From positions 66,404,001 to 66,468,000 of the forward strand of contig NC_045697.1 of the NCBI RefSeq assembly GCF_009834535.1: DNA of 64,000 nucleotides, read 5' to 3'. This DNA is from Camelus ferus. Lineage: Eukaryota. Each line of letters starts with the position of its first letter. Position 1 is the stretch's first letter. Shown here piece after piece: positions 51,841-64,000 of the stretch. The notes beneath the pieces are model-generated. The model was not told the DNA's origin. It was given only the letters and a program-made list of their open reading frames with translations, and ran no database searches. Position numbers and translations under genes: made by a program.

Positions 51841-52045
51841 GCCCGGAGAGATGTTAAGTTGCTAAATACCATTTACCAAGGGTAACCTGAAATATACTAC
51901 ACATATCTCAAGCAAAATATTATGTCATCTGCAAATTTTTTAGTTACTAGTAACTTTATCTTCATCATCTTATTGAATTCCAATTTTGTTGCTGTTTTCC
52001 AGAAACTGTCATATTTAAATTATGTCTCCTCCCACTCCAATACAG

Positions 52046-52161
52046 ATTATTATGCCCTCTTTGGTACTATATGCCGTGGATGTGAATTTCCCATAGAAGC
52101 TGGCGACATGTTCCTGGAAGCTCTGGGCTATACCTGGCATGACACTTGCTTTGTATGCTCA
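52046..52161 (+). CDS. PDLIM5: PDLIM5 exon (116 nt, phase 1/0): LIM3 start ([39 protein letters not shown])
   Basis: tacag| acceptor, TCA|gtaagt donor; ORF 51922..52188. Confidence 0.98.
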
Positions 52162-53570
52162 GTAAGTAAACTCTTATTTCCAAATTAAAGGAGCACAGTA
52201 TGGCCAGTTCTAGCCTAGGCATTAAATGGAAATAACAGTTTTTGTATTTTTCAGTACTTCAGACTTTAAAGTATTTTTACACTGATTTTGAAAGTTGTTT
52301 ATTAAAAGTTTTGGTACTTTTTGAAATTATTTGGCACACAGTAAGATGCTTACCCCTTTAGAGAAAAATCATATTTTATACATTTTTGTCTATAAGGAGA
52401 AGCTATGTATTTCTTAAAACAGTAAGTCTTCTACTTTTTTTTTTTTAATACTCTCTTACTGGTGTGTTTTTAGTAATTTTGAGGAGCATAGACACTTCTT
52501 AAAATAGAAGTAAATAATTATAAAAATCTTATATTAACTTATCACTGGAGTACACTATATTTGATCTGTTTCCTTATCAATAGTCTATGAATACTTTTTT
52601 GAGACTATAATGAACATACAGTAATATAGTTAATTGCCTCTTTCATTTGATATTTTAATATTTTTGGTTTTATTTTAATGATGAGGATAGATTCAGAGAT
52701 TAACATTAACCTAAGATGTGTAGTATTTAAATTTAGAAGTAAATATCTAATAAAGGTATTGTCAGTTGTTTGATTTTTTTTTTAATTCAATTTAGTATCT
52801 TCAGTGGTTTACAGTACCCATTATATGAAGGGGGAAAAGTCTTGTTAATTGAAGTCAAATGATTTCCCCTAACATTATCATTGAACCCTGTCTTGTTTAC
52901 CTCCTTGATCTTTTAGACTTCATAAAATCTATAAAAAGCAACAATTTGTAGCAGATCTGCCTCCTCCTGTTCTCTGGTAGATCTGCTTAGGAGCATTAAA
53001 ATTAACAAAGACAGTGGGAAAGACAAGAAGACCTAAATGTGCATAGTTAACTGAGGATATAATCATCCAGCAGCCAGATGTTGACTAGGGTTTTCACTGT
53101 AAGCAACAAAGAAATGAATTAAAAAGAATTCTCAGGTATTCTATGCCTGTGTATTTGGGGGCTTAGGAATGTGTGGCAAAGCAATTGTGTTGGGGTTTTG
53201 GGTTTGTTTTTCTGAATGCTTTGGTTCTCTACAATAGGAGGCAGATTTAAAGCATTGATTAGAATTTGAGAAGAGAAATTAATGTTACTTCTTTATGTGT
53301 TATTTTTTTCACTAGGGCCAAATATTCCCAGTAAAGGAAAATAATAATCAGTGAATTTTAAATAAATTAGAATGCATTCCAGGAGAAAGTCATTCTTCAT
53401 TGCTTTTGAAAGATTACATGAAATATACTGGTAATCGTGAAATGTTAGAGGTCAGACACAACCAGTTAAAGTGCTTTGTCATATTCTTCATCGGGTGAAA
53501 AATCATTTTCCCCTTCTTGGGTACACTTGATAAAATACCGAAATTCTCTTAAATAATGCTTCTTTTTCAG

Positions 53571-53660
53571 GTATGTTGTGAAAGTTTGGAAGGTCAAACC
53601 TTTTTCTCCAAGAAGGACAAGCCACTTTGTAAGAAACATGCTCATTCTGTGAATTTTTGA
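53571..53660 (+). CDS. PDLIM5: PDLIM5 last coding exon: [33 protein letters not shown]
   Basis: tctttttcag| acceptor at 53570; 29 codons then TGA at 53658-53660. Confidence 0.98.
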   Translation, partial: VCCESLEGQTFFSKKDKPLCKKHAHSVNF

Positions 53661-55911
53661 AAGCCATCAATTCAGGAGAAGAGAAGAAAATCTGAAGAGA
53701 AAGAAGAGATTTAAAATACCGATTAATTTTTAGATTTAATATTTATATGGAGTTTTGAAAAATAATTAGTGCCCCTGAAGGGATAAATTCCAAGCTTTGA
53801 AAACCAAGTCTATGAGGAAATATTTGGCTTCATAAAGAGACAGTTTGGCATTTATTATTACTTTTTTCCTGTATTTTCTCCCCATAAAATAACTTTTATA
53901 AAAACCAATTTCCTGGTTGACTATTAAATTCATCTTAGAATAAATTAGTGAAGAATTAAATTTTAGAATAAAAACCTTCAACCTCTATGCTGAAATAATT
54001 AATTATGCCTTCTTTCCTTGTTAGGTAGTTATGAGTAAATCTATAAAAGGCAATGAAAATGCCTTACACTTAATCAACAAGTGAAACTTTTTTTTAATAG
54101 TGTTTATCTTTAAAACAGTAAATAGGAGTTTAAACAGAGGATTTTATCAGTGGTGGTGTCATTTTTTAAAAAACTATACATTTTTTGTCTTTACAGTTGA
54201 TCATTCCAGTAGGAAAGGCCAATGAGATTTTGATCAAAATGTGTTATGCCAATAAGAGATGTTATATTTTTCTCCGATTCCCCCACTCCAAAAAAGCCAC
54301 CATATAGCTTATAAATTTCAGATGTTTGCCTTTTATTAAAATACAACTTTTTATTCATATGTATGTTTCACCACCTATATCAAACTTTATTTTTTCCCCT
54401 TCTTCATGCTGAGATAAAGAGCAAGTTGAATAACTTTGGACTCTGACGGTTTTCTCTCTCTTTAAAGAGAATGAATAGAAAAGAATGTGGTTGGGAATTA
54501 TGGTAACTGAGAGGATTGGATCAAAATTTTTAAAAAATTTCCCCTTTTCAGACAATGCATCAGTTAGATCCGTTTCAGAGTTGTACTCCTGACTGATGGA
54601 AGTTTGAAAGTTCTCTTTACAGAATAATTTTGTTCTTCAGTTCTACGTCAGAAAAATAAAAGATTGGCTTGGGGAATGTGATAAAAATTTAGATTTCTTT
54701 TTTTCTTTTAGTAGTTCTTTCTCAATAATAAATGAACCACTTCCAGTTGTAATCACGCAGTTTGGAAAATGTTTATTCACAGAGGTTTGGTAGTATAGAG
54801 GGAAACATGATTAATTACTCAGACTGGCCTGTTACTTGTTTTCTTTATTTTAGGGAAAAGATAAGCAGCTACCACATGAAAACAGAAAAACAATTGTGGT
54901 AGAATCATGGATCCTGTTGATATTTGTTGATAGTTTTTTTGTTTCCAAAACAAACAGAAGCCCATGATCACGGGAAGGTATAGTTTAAATTTGTTTGGAG
55001 AAGGTGCTCTTACAGTGGACACTGAGCCCCAAGCTCTGCCTGTCCTAGCCGGCACCTACAACTTCTCTTCCACTGTGTGTATGTTTGTCAGAGAGGGGGA
55101 TTTAAGGCTACAATATTTGTTTAACCTCCCTAAGAACTTTTCAAGGTATCTGTCCTTGAAAGCTGCTAATTTATGGTCTAGCAGATTTATATTATATGCA
55201 GATAATAATTAACTGGGGCTAAAAGAATGAGAAAGGTGATACCAAGTAGCAAACTGAATGCTTCACCAGTAGCAACCCCAGACTACCTCCTCACCCTGCA
55301 TCTTGTAGGGAGGCAGGAAGTTTTCTGTTCTGTTTTTTAAAAGCTGGAACTGAATTGTGCATTATTTCCTATTGCTGCTGAAACCACCTATAGAAGACAT
55401 GCTGGCTAATGTGCACTGTCACATATCAATGTCAGTCTTTCGCTTTACACGACATAAAATAAGCTGGTGGTTTTGTTTTGGTGTGGTAGAGATTTTTTTA
55501 AATTTAGTTTTACCTTTCTCAATTATATGTCAAGATAGTATTTGATAAATCAATGGCATTTGAATGGCATTTGGGTATTTCCTTCAAAGAATTTTATTTG
55601 ACCTGAATTTCTTATAAAGTTATCTTACATTAGGATTTCATTTTTATTACACTTTTATTTCTACATATTATTCATGGAGCATAATGTTGCATTTCTCTAA
55701 ATTTTATCCCTAAAAGAATAATGTTGCTTCCTAATTTATCATTTTGTCTTTGTGCTTTGCCCTTCTCTTCTGTGGCGAAGCCTTCTATTTGTTGCTAAAA
55801 CAGTGAATCCTGTGAGATAAATATTGATTATAACCCAGAAGAATCTCTGTATTTTACAGTGGGGAATGCCATATTTAATACACCAGCAGTAATCTTTTAA
55901 TAACTGGCAGA

Positions 55912-55919
55912 GCACTTTA
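55912..55919 (+). promoter_or_regulatory. miR-17/20/93/106 family 8mer seed site (GCACTTTA) in the 3'UTR
   Basis: Exact 8mer match in AU-rich context; PDLIM5 is a reported miR-17/20a target. Confidence 0.55.
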
Positions 55920-56797
55920 TTCTTCTGGTGAGCTCCCTGAATATTTATTTTTCTGATTATAAATATTCCATATCAGTAGCATTTTTTAAAATTATTACCT
56001 CTATTGTAGAGTGTTTCTTTAGTCTCTCTAGCTGTATATTTTGGAATGCTGTGCTTAGGGTAGTACAGATGAAAATCACAGTACATGATTCCAAAACATC
56101 TACTTGGATTTCCCAGTTTCTAAATGTTAATGATGGGTTCAAACGTATAACATTCTCCAAGGACTGAATGTTGCTCACTGAAATAGCAGCCAGAAAATAA
56201 TGCCCCCTGCTTATGCTTGTAGCATGCAGATTTCCTATTGGTTCAGGTTACAGGTTCCATTTAGAGTCTAAAACTAAACCCTAATAATTTGGTCACTGTA
56301 TTAAGACAAATAGAAATGAGTTTAAATCTTCAAAATATTAGTGCAGCATTATTGTTTAAAAATGATCTACAACAAAAAGGAATTCTTTGATACCATTTTC
56401 AAGGGGTACTGTATTAGTATCACTTTTACAGCAAATAATTCTTCCCCTTTCAAGTGGGAATCTAGGGTTATAGTCACATTTGTGTGATACGTGGAGTTAA
56501 GTCATCCCTGTCGAAAGGAGAGGTGTTACAGACATACAGGAAGGGAAAACACACTGAATAATTTCATACAAATTTAATGTGGCTTCAGTTTGTCCCGCTT
56601 CGTTCCCCGTAAGTTTTAAGGTATTGAATTTGGATTCTCAGTGTATCATTTGTCTTATGTATTAATCTCTATCTTCTGTTTCTTTACATTTTTCAGTTTG
56701 TTTATGTCTGTGCTATTTTTCTTTTGGATGTGTTTTCTAATTAAAAACCACATGATAAATATAATCAGTATAGCAATACCTTAGTGTGCACATACTC

Positions 56798-56807
56798 AAT
56801 AAATAAA
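56798..56807 (+). terminator. Likely distal polyadenylation signal (AATAAATAAA)
   Basis: Two overlapping AATAAA hexamers followed ~30 nt later by a GU/U-rich element (tggtttttctttttg). Confidence 0.65.
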
Positions 56808-59564
56808 TGGCTGCAGTGATGTCGACAAGCTCTCCTGGTTTTTCTTTTTGGACGGCAAGTGGTTTCCATTAAGTCATCATGGGGAAAAACATGTTCACAA
56901 GGTAGGATGAGATGTAATAATTCTCAGGAGAATTCCTCTTTTATGGTATTTGCCAGCCAAAATGTCCCAGAAACAAAATATTTGAAAATACTGTCACATT
57001 TATTCTGCTTTAATCCATATTTATGCTCTTCATGTAGCATGTATACAATAAGTGGTTGTAAATTAATAGATCAGTATGCTCTATCGTCTTAAAAATTATT
57101 TGTTGCTGAAATCACTTATTGGAATAACCTGTCATGTCAAGCGTTATACTGTATCATATGTCATGTTCAGACAACATCCATCATCATCTACATTCTCACT
57201 TTTCTCATTGACCAGTGTGTGTTACTTCATTCTTGACTCACCCTGATCTCATTAGCTAACTTTTCTGTAACTAGGTAGGCTCACCTATTCCTTGTTTGTT
57301 TATTGGTTTGAGTTCAGATTTTTTTCCCAACTGTATAAAGTTGAGAGGAATGTTACTGTTGCAAGCTGTATACTGGAAATAAAAGACAAATTCAAGTCTA
57401 TTTGCTCACAGTATGTTAAACTCCAGAAGCCAAACTTATAAGGGCATCGAGTCTGCATCTGACATTTTAATAGCTGCTGCTTGGTTTCTATCAATCACGT
57501 CATTGCACATTAAAATGCACCGACAAAATAAGAGATCTGTCATTCCTTCGTTAAGAAACAGTAATCCAGTACAAGATTTATAGGCTTAAGACTCAACAGT
57601 GTGTTCACAATAAATCCCCATTCAGTGCTCACACCAGAACAAGCCTCCCTGTCGTCCAATGTTTTCTGGTCAGAATGTCCCCAATATAAGATTATCAAAG
57701 GTTTTCTTACAGAACTACATATAAAATCCTTCTTGCCAGCAAAAGCTTAATTTAGGTTGGCGGTTTCCCTTTTTGAGTCCTCTCAGACAAGATCTTGGTT
57801 ATATCAGAAACACATAGGACCTGATGTATTATTAGCAGGCCTGGTGTTAATTAGGGAGAATTACCAGAAAGAGTTTGCTTCGTGGGAATTTATTACAGAA
57901 TCACCCTTGACTGATGGCAGAATAGGAGTTGCTGAGAGAGAGCAGCTCCCACTCATAACCACTAATTAATAAGGTGCCAAAATTCCGCAGAGGGGGTTTC
58001 ATCCCAAGTGTGGGAGCCTCACAGGGAAAATGGTTCCTTTGCAGTATTTAAAATTTAAAAGAGGAAAGGGGCTGGGACACACGGTTACCCAACAGAAATC
58101 TCAGACTGGTACGGTTTTGTGTTGTACTCATGAATGAGGGCATTTAACACGGGAAGCACCCCGTCCAAAAGTTTGTGAGAGAATTACTTTCCCTCCAGGT
58201 CAAAAGTAGCCTGTAGATTTACCATACTAAGAAGATAGGCATAGTATTTTTAATGTGGCAAGTGTCTGATTCATGCAACTGTTCATTTTATGAAGCAAAT
58301 GTAGAATAAGCTATTTGTCTGTGGTATTATATTACTGAACTTTTACTCTTTAGTCTGTGATTTAGAAGGAGGCAAGATTGCATTGATGATTAATAAGAAA
58401 GGTGTGGCTTCCACACCTTCAGCACAGAGCTGGGGAAAAGCAAGGTGTGTTTAATGATTGGCACTAATGGCAGAGATCTGGGGGAGCCCTATTAAATGAT
58501 TGCCAAGAAGGAAATTTTCTTGTGTCTGTAACTGTGTTAATCATACACAATAAAGCTCAGAGCTGTTGCTTAGTTGTAAAGAAGAAAACATTTCCATGTG
58601 AGAAAAGCACTGATCCCTGACCTCGGGGAGAAAAATAAAACAAGTTAGAATTCACAGAGTATAATTTGTCAATTTCTCTTTGGTTCCTGAGGAAAATGAC
58701 TTCCGTGCCAGTTCCACGAATTGACTGACGTGGTTTCTAATGGATCCATATTTCAAAGGACAAAGTTTTGTTTTAATAATTGGGTTCCAAGTTAGTTTTT
58801 CATCCTCATGTTCTAAATGATCACATTTGCTTTCTAGTTCAAATATACTTAGGTTTGTTTTTATTTTTTTCTTTCCTTTTTTCTTTTGCTTGTAAAGCAC
58901 ACACAGCTGATACTCTTCTAAGCACTTAAAAATATCATTGTTTGCCTGTTTTAGGTATTTTAGTAGACTATAGTATCTTTAGAGTTGTGGAGTATTTTTT
59001 TCCTGGTGTATCACTGATACGCCTAACTGTTCCCTTGGTAAGTAGGAAAGTAAATTGAACTCCAGTGACTTCTACCAGTATTAATTTCTGTGCAAATAAA
59101 AGTCTTTGCTTAGGTGACTTCATATTAATGTCGTCTGACCCTGGAAGCTTTCTCTATCCTGTTTGCTTGAGAATCTGGACAATCTCAGGCCCCCCTTGTT
59201 GAATGAAATGGCGAGCAGGAGAATCCATGGAGCATTTCAGGTATGAACTTTGGAATATAAGTTAAAGTAATCCTGACTTTCTCAGCTGAAACTTATTTAT
59301 TCTGCTCTGTTAAATTATTATGCAACTGCTTAATAATTTTTCTGGTACTACTTAAATGCTTCAAGTAAAGATGAACTTAATAAGCAAGATGAGAGGCACT
59401 GAAGTGAACCCAGGACTTATGCCTGAAAAGATATAAATCAATGATATGAATATACTATAGCTTTCTTATGCTGGAATCAGGGAGTTCTAGATGATCTTTA
59501 ACAATATATCAACATAATATAGATGTTGAGAGTATAAATTAGAGCTTGGGGAGGAAATGTGTTT

Positions 59565-60190
59565 TATTACTCAGCCTGGGTCCCATCAGGAGACAGATAA
59601 CCTAACAGTAACCTAACAGGAGAAGTTTAATGTGAAGAATTATTAAGCTATGATAGGAAAGTAACTATGAAAATATAAAAAGAGCTCTAAAGGGTAACAT
59701 AGGGCTGAGAGAAGGGACCCAAGGAAGGCCAACCTTACAAGGGGGTCAGACTTTGTTGAAGGAAGTGTGGTTGCAGCCCACACGACAGAGAAGTTTTCTG
59801 GACCAGAGCTGACCCTCAGTTGCCCAGAGCTAAGAAACAACCCTCTGAATACAGGTAAGCTAAGATTGGTGGGTGGGTGTGTGCAAAGGGAGCTGGGGTA
59901 CTGCTATGGGTGCAAGGCCTGAAGTACACAATATCCACATGAAGAGACCTGTGACAAGGTGGTCAGGGATATGAGGTCACGGAGGGACTGTGCACTCTAG
60001 ACGCATAGCTGGGGCAGATCTCCACCAGGTGTCTCCAACCACATGCTCCATGAGTGGACCATGCTGCTGGTGCAAGAAAAAGCAAGATGCAGCACCTGGA
60101 CCCAGGAAGAGAAGCCTTTTACTTCTGCAATATTCCTTCAGCTTCCTTGGCTGACAGCTGACGAAGCTTAACACTGTGCTCACGATAAAG
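59565..60190. mobile_element. Probable ancient LTR element (family not determined)
   Basis: GC-elevated block beginning ...ggtcccatcaggagacaga... resembling old ERVL-type LTRs. Confidence 0.4.
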
Positions 60191-60900
60191 CACTGATTGC
60201 TTTTTCCAAGGTCTACCCTCTAAACATGCAGTATAATCGAACAGTTCTGAATTTAACTGGATATATTCTAAGATATAACAGAAAGGTTTTTTAAATGAGT
60301 TTATTTTATTATACTGTAATGCTTTCCTATAGCTAAAATGAGTAAAACATTCTTAATTGAAACTTTGTGCTATTGAATTGGAATATCACTTAATAGAAGT
60401 TTTTCTGTATAAACCTAAAGTCCTATCAAAGAGAAAAATTGGATTCTTTCATATTCAGTAATAGAAAGCAAAGAGATTAACAATTTCCCCTTCACAGTAA
60501 ACCATAAAGGATCAAGTCCAGTGGCTCTATAATAATAACTTACATATAGTAAAGTCATTGCAATTTGTGTAACATGTTATCTCATCTGTTACACTAAGGT
60601 ATACTAATACACTATAAGGTTCTAATAATTGGAGAAACTGGGTGTCAAGTATTTTTAACCCACATAATAGAGATGAGAAAATGAAAACTCAGAGAAATGA
60701 TTCTCTAACAACATAGTTATTAACTGGAAAATCTGAGACTTAGACTTCTTAAAAGATTAGGGAGAAAAATTATTATTTCTTACACGTTCCCTGAGAGTCC
60801 CTCTTTTTAATAAGGGAGAATTTCCATATATTCAGTTAGTAAAGGGTAGTTTTAGGAATTACTTAATTTTGATAGAATATATAAAACTTAAAAGCTGTAT

Positions 60901-61795
60901 CATCCAGATGGCAAACAGGCACATGAAAAGATGCCCAATAGCACTAATTATTAGGGAAATGCAAATCAAAACTACAAGTGTCACCTCACACTAGTCAAAA
61001 TGGCCATCATTAAAAAATTGATAATAAATGCTAGAGAAGGTATGGATATAAGGGAGCCCTCCTACACTGTTGGTGGGAATATAAATTGGTGCAGCCACTA
61101 TGGAAAACAGTATGAAGTTTCCTTAAAAAACTAAAAATAGACTTACCATATGATCCAGCAATCCTCTTGGGCATATATCTGGAGAAAACTACAAAAAGAT
61201 ACATACACCCCAATGTTCATAGCAGCACTATTTACAATAGCCAAGGCATGGAAACAGCCTAAATGCCCATCAACAGATGACTGGAGAAAGAAGATGTGTG
61301 TGTATGCATGTGGGTGCGCGTGCGTAATGGAATACTACTAGGCCATGAAAAAGAATGAAATAATGCCATTTGCAGAAATATGGATGAACCTAGAGATTAT
61401 TAAATGAAGTCAGACAGAGAAAGACACATCTTATGACATCACTTATATGTGGAATCTAAAAAAAAAAAAATGATACAAATGAACTTATTTACAAACCAGA
61501 AACAGACTCACAGACAGAAAACAAACTATGGTTACCAAAGGGGAAAGGGGTGAGGGAGAGATAAATTAGGAGTTTGGGATTAACATATACACACTACTAT
61601 ATGTAAAACAGATAAACAACAATAATATACTGTATAGCACAGGGAACTATACTCAATTTCTTGTAATAATCTATAATGGAAAAGAATCTAAATATATATA
61701 TATATATGTATGTATATGTATAACTGAATCCCTTTGCTCTACACCTGAAATTAATATTGTAAATCAACTACACTTCAATAAAAATAAAAATTTTT
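60901..61795 (+). mobile_element. 5'-truncated L1: ORF2 C-terminus plus 3'UTR and A-rich tail
   Basis: [26 protein letters not shown] translation; aataaaaataaaa tail; possible TSD aaaagctgtat/aaaagccatat. Confidence 0.93.
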
Positions 61796-63750
61796 TAAAA
61801 AGCCATATCTATCTGACTTGTACAGTTGCCTGCCACACAGATGTCAGTATTTGGGAGGTTTGCAATTGGACCATCTGTTCATCAAGGGAATTTGTGATGT
61901 GGTAGCCCTCTCTGCAATGCACCATTTGCTGTTCTTTCTGTTGGTTCAGTTTCAAAGAAGCACAAGATAATGGGAGTAAGTTAAGTTAGTTTGAAGTGGA
62001 GATAACACCAGATGTGATACCAAACAAATGAGAAGTCCATAGGAAATACAATTGCAATTACTTCTGTACTCAGAGGTCAATAATGACCTATTTATAACAT
62101 GCTGGAAAACAGGTTATGGTCGTTGACACCCAGTTCACTGTTACCTCTGCAGTGTGATGAAGTTAGTTCCAGGCTGTGATTGAAGAGTGGAAGATGGAAA
62201 AGGTGAGAGCTTGGTGAGAAACTGCATATACGTCCAATTATGCTGACAAGGTTGCCTAAGATTTTTTTTTTACTCAATTGAAATAAAATCTCTCTGCTAT
62301 TTGGTAATGGCAGGCACCACTGCTAAGTCCACTGAAGCATAGCTGGAAAATCCAGCTGCCCTCACATCTGTTTTGCATGACCTTTCAATCATCAGCAAAT
62401 ACTTCTGCCCCTAGGAATGGAAGTCTGGGTCGGCTATGGCCATGGGACTTTCTAAGCTATCACTATGGAAAACATATTGAAACAAAATTCACGCATGCCA
62501 TGTACTGTGCCCAGAAATTAGAGACTTGTCTGGGTAGTGTTAAGGTTTTGACCTATCAAGAGTGCTCACACCTGCTTCTTACATTCAAGTTGTTAATCCA
62601 TGGTTCACAAAATAAGACACATTATGAAATATGTGAATGGACTTCTCTGGCTTAAGTCTTAAGTGTTCAGGCTCTTAAACTAGTTCAAACTAAAGTAATG
62701 TTGATGAAATTGTGTTTTTTAGGCGTCTAACGATTACATTTATTATATGTCAGAAACCTGTGTGATTTGACTTTACTCTCAGCTTCTTTGAGAGCCCTGA
62801 CTTGCTTGACTTCCAGGTTGTAATGAAATGTTTTGAAAATTTAAAAAAGAGGGGAAAAATCACTAAAGAATTTCTTGAAAGGATTGTGATAAATTTCACT
62901 CTCACATTAATAAATTTCCTTCTCACACTAACCCGATGGGGAGCCAATAGACTAAGTTCCAGAACACAGTTCAGTTTATCTCAAGACTGACTTCAGCTGT
63001 TGTCAAAGTAGAGCAGTTATACTGAACTTAAAAGCTGTTTGTAAATGTCCGAGTCAAGCATTCAAAGGGCTGGGACTTTGTTTAGGAGGAATACAGGCAC
63101 TGGTATTTGATAAGCCTGAGTGTGATTCTTGATCTAAAGTATCTCATTCAACCTCATGAAGTTCTCTCCCCAAGAATCACCCTAGTAAATTACAGTTTTC
63201 TCCCTCTCAGTGTTTCCAGGAATGTTTAGATGGGCACCCTGGGAAATTAACCAGCAGACCAACCTCCTTCACTGTCGTTCCCTCTCAGGAAAACTTCTGA
63301 CCTTGGAAAAGCTACAGAATTTGGCTGAGTCTGTGGAGTTTTTTTGCTTTTTCGTGTTTGTTTTCTCTAATGTGTCCCTTCAGCATCTCAGAGGATAATT
63401 CTCCACTGTCTTGGAGAATTGTTGAGACACAAATGAGATAGTGTATGTAACCCTGCCAGAGCCACAAACAACCTACTCAGCCTTTTCTTCTGGTATCAAC
63501 AATAAGAGATGCTACTCAAAAAGCAAATTCAAATTGCTGGTCCTCTGTTCAGAAAACGAGCCGTATTATGTAATACGTGAATGGACTGCTATAGTTTAAA
63601 TCGTGTTTCCCAAACAATATATTTGACCACGAACTGCTTTATTTAAAAAACATCTATTAATACCTTATTCTACATAATACAATTGGGGAAATACTGTCTC
63701 ATCTTTTTTCTCTTTTTAGGGTGTACACTCTAAGTCATGTCTGTCTTCAC

Positions 63751-63852
63751 TTTTTTTTTTTTTTAATTTTTAATGTAGGTACTGGGGATGAAGTCCAGGA
63801 CCTCATGTATGCTAAGCATACGCTCTACCACTGAGCTATACTCACCAGCCCC
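63751..63852 (-). mobile_element. Vic-1-like tRNA SINE
   Basis: poly(T) then aggtactgggg...gctaagcatacgctctaccactgagctata; TSD gtcttcacttt at 63743 and 63853. Confidence 0.88.
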
Positions 63853-63867
63853 GTCTTCACTTTCTAA

Positions 63868-64000
63868 ACAAGGGTACTCAAACTTTGTTGTGTGTCAGAA
63901 TCTTCTGGACAGAACTAGATTTTTAAGCCTCATCCCTAGAGTTTCGAATTTAGTAGATCTGGAGCAGGTGAAAATCTGCCTTTCTGCTGAGCTCCCAGGT
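63868..64000. mobile_element. MER5A-like hAT DNA transposon (runs off window)
   Basis: ctcaaactt..gtgtcagaatc..ctgga...agtagatctgga...atctgcctttct..gagctcccaggt. Confidence 0.7.

Larger units (their letters stand above)
1..56830 (+). other. PDLIM5: PDLIM5 (ENH) transcription unit, 3' portion; 5' exons upstream of window; 3' end approximate
   Basis: Six GT-AG-bounded exons splice in frame into the recognisable PDLIM5 C-terminus (KSPSWQRPNQ...RAEHIPAGKRTPMCAHC...[10 protein letters not shown]) with three LIM domains. Confidence 0.97.
53661..56830 (+). other. PDLIM5: PDLIM5 long AU-rich 3'UTR (end approximate; proximal poly(A) signals also present)
   Basis: Follows the stop codon, largely repeat-free; AATAAA at 53939 and 53967, ATTAAA at 54335, overlapping AATAAA pair at 56798-56807. 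Confidence 0.7.

Noticed and set aside
98..63398. The many 60-120 aa ORFs in the six-frame track
   Set aside because: Apart from those overlapping PDLIM5 exons or L1 remnants, they are short, low-complexity, often start at non-ATG codons and are expected by chance in intronic DNA.
56830..64000. A possible downstream gene
   Set aside because: No CpG island, coherent exons or recognisable peptides; the sequence is repeats and intergenic DNA.

Overview
Mammalian genomic DNA (AT-rich, CpG-depleted, repeat-rich), most likely from a camelid because it carries several Vic-1-like tRNA-derived SINEs. The window holds the 3' half of PDLIM5 (Enigma homolog, ENH) on the + strand. It contains three alternatively spliced, frame-preserving cassette exons (3.4, 5.7 and 6.8 kb) and six constitutive exons (12.6, 33.6, 47.0, 50.0, 52.0 and 53.6 kb) encoding the linker and three C-terminal LIM domains, ending ...[10 protein letters not shown] ~3.1 kb 3'UTR and intergenic sequence follow. 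The PDZ-encoding 5' exons lie upstream of the window. Introns carry L1, L2, MIR, MaLR/ERV LTRs, hAT/Tigger DNA transposons and a poly(A)-tailed retrocopy resembling the UBE2D3 3'UTR. The most notable observations are: (i) a cluster of splice signals at 19.48-20.25 kb, including a candidate in-frame 24-nt microexon (or recursive splice site) and candidate LIM-less terminal exons; (ii) apparent loss of a cassette-exon acceptor (CAG>CAA) with in-frame NAGNAG rescue; (iii) a 204-bp local duplication between cassette exons. No prokaryotic-type systems (CRISPR, operons) are present. Comparisons to human PDLIM5 and repeat family names are from memory, not from a database search.
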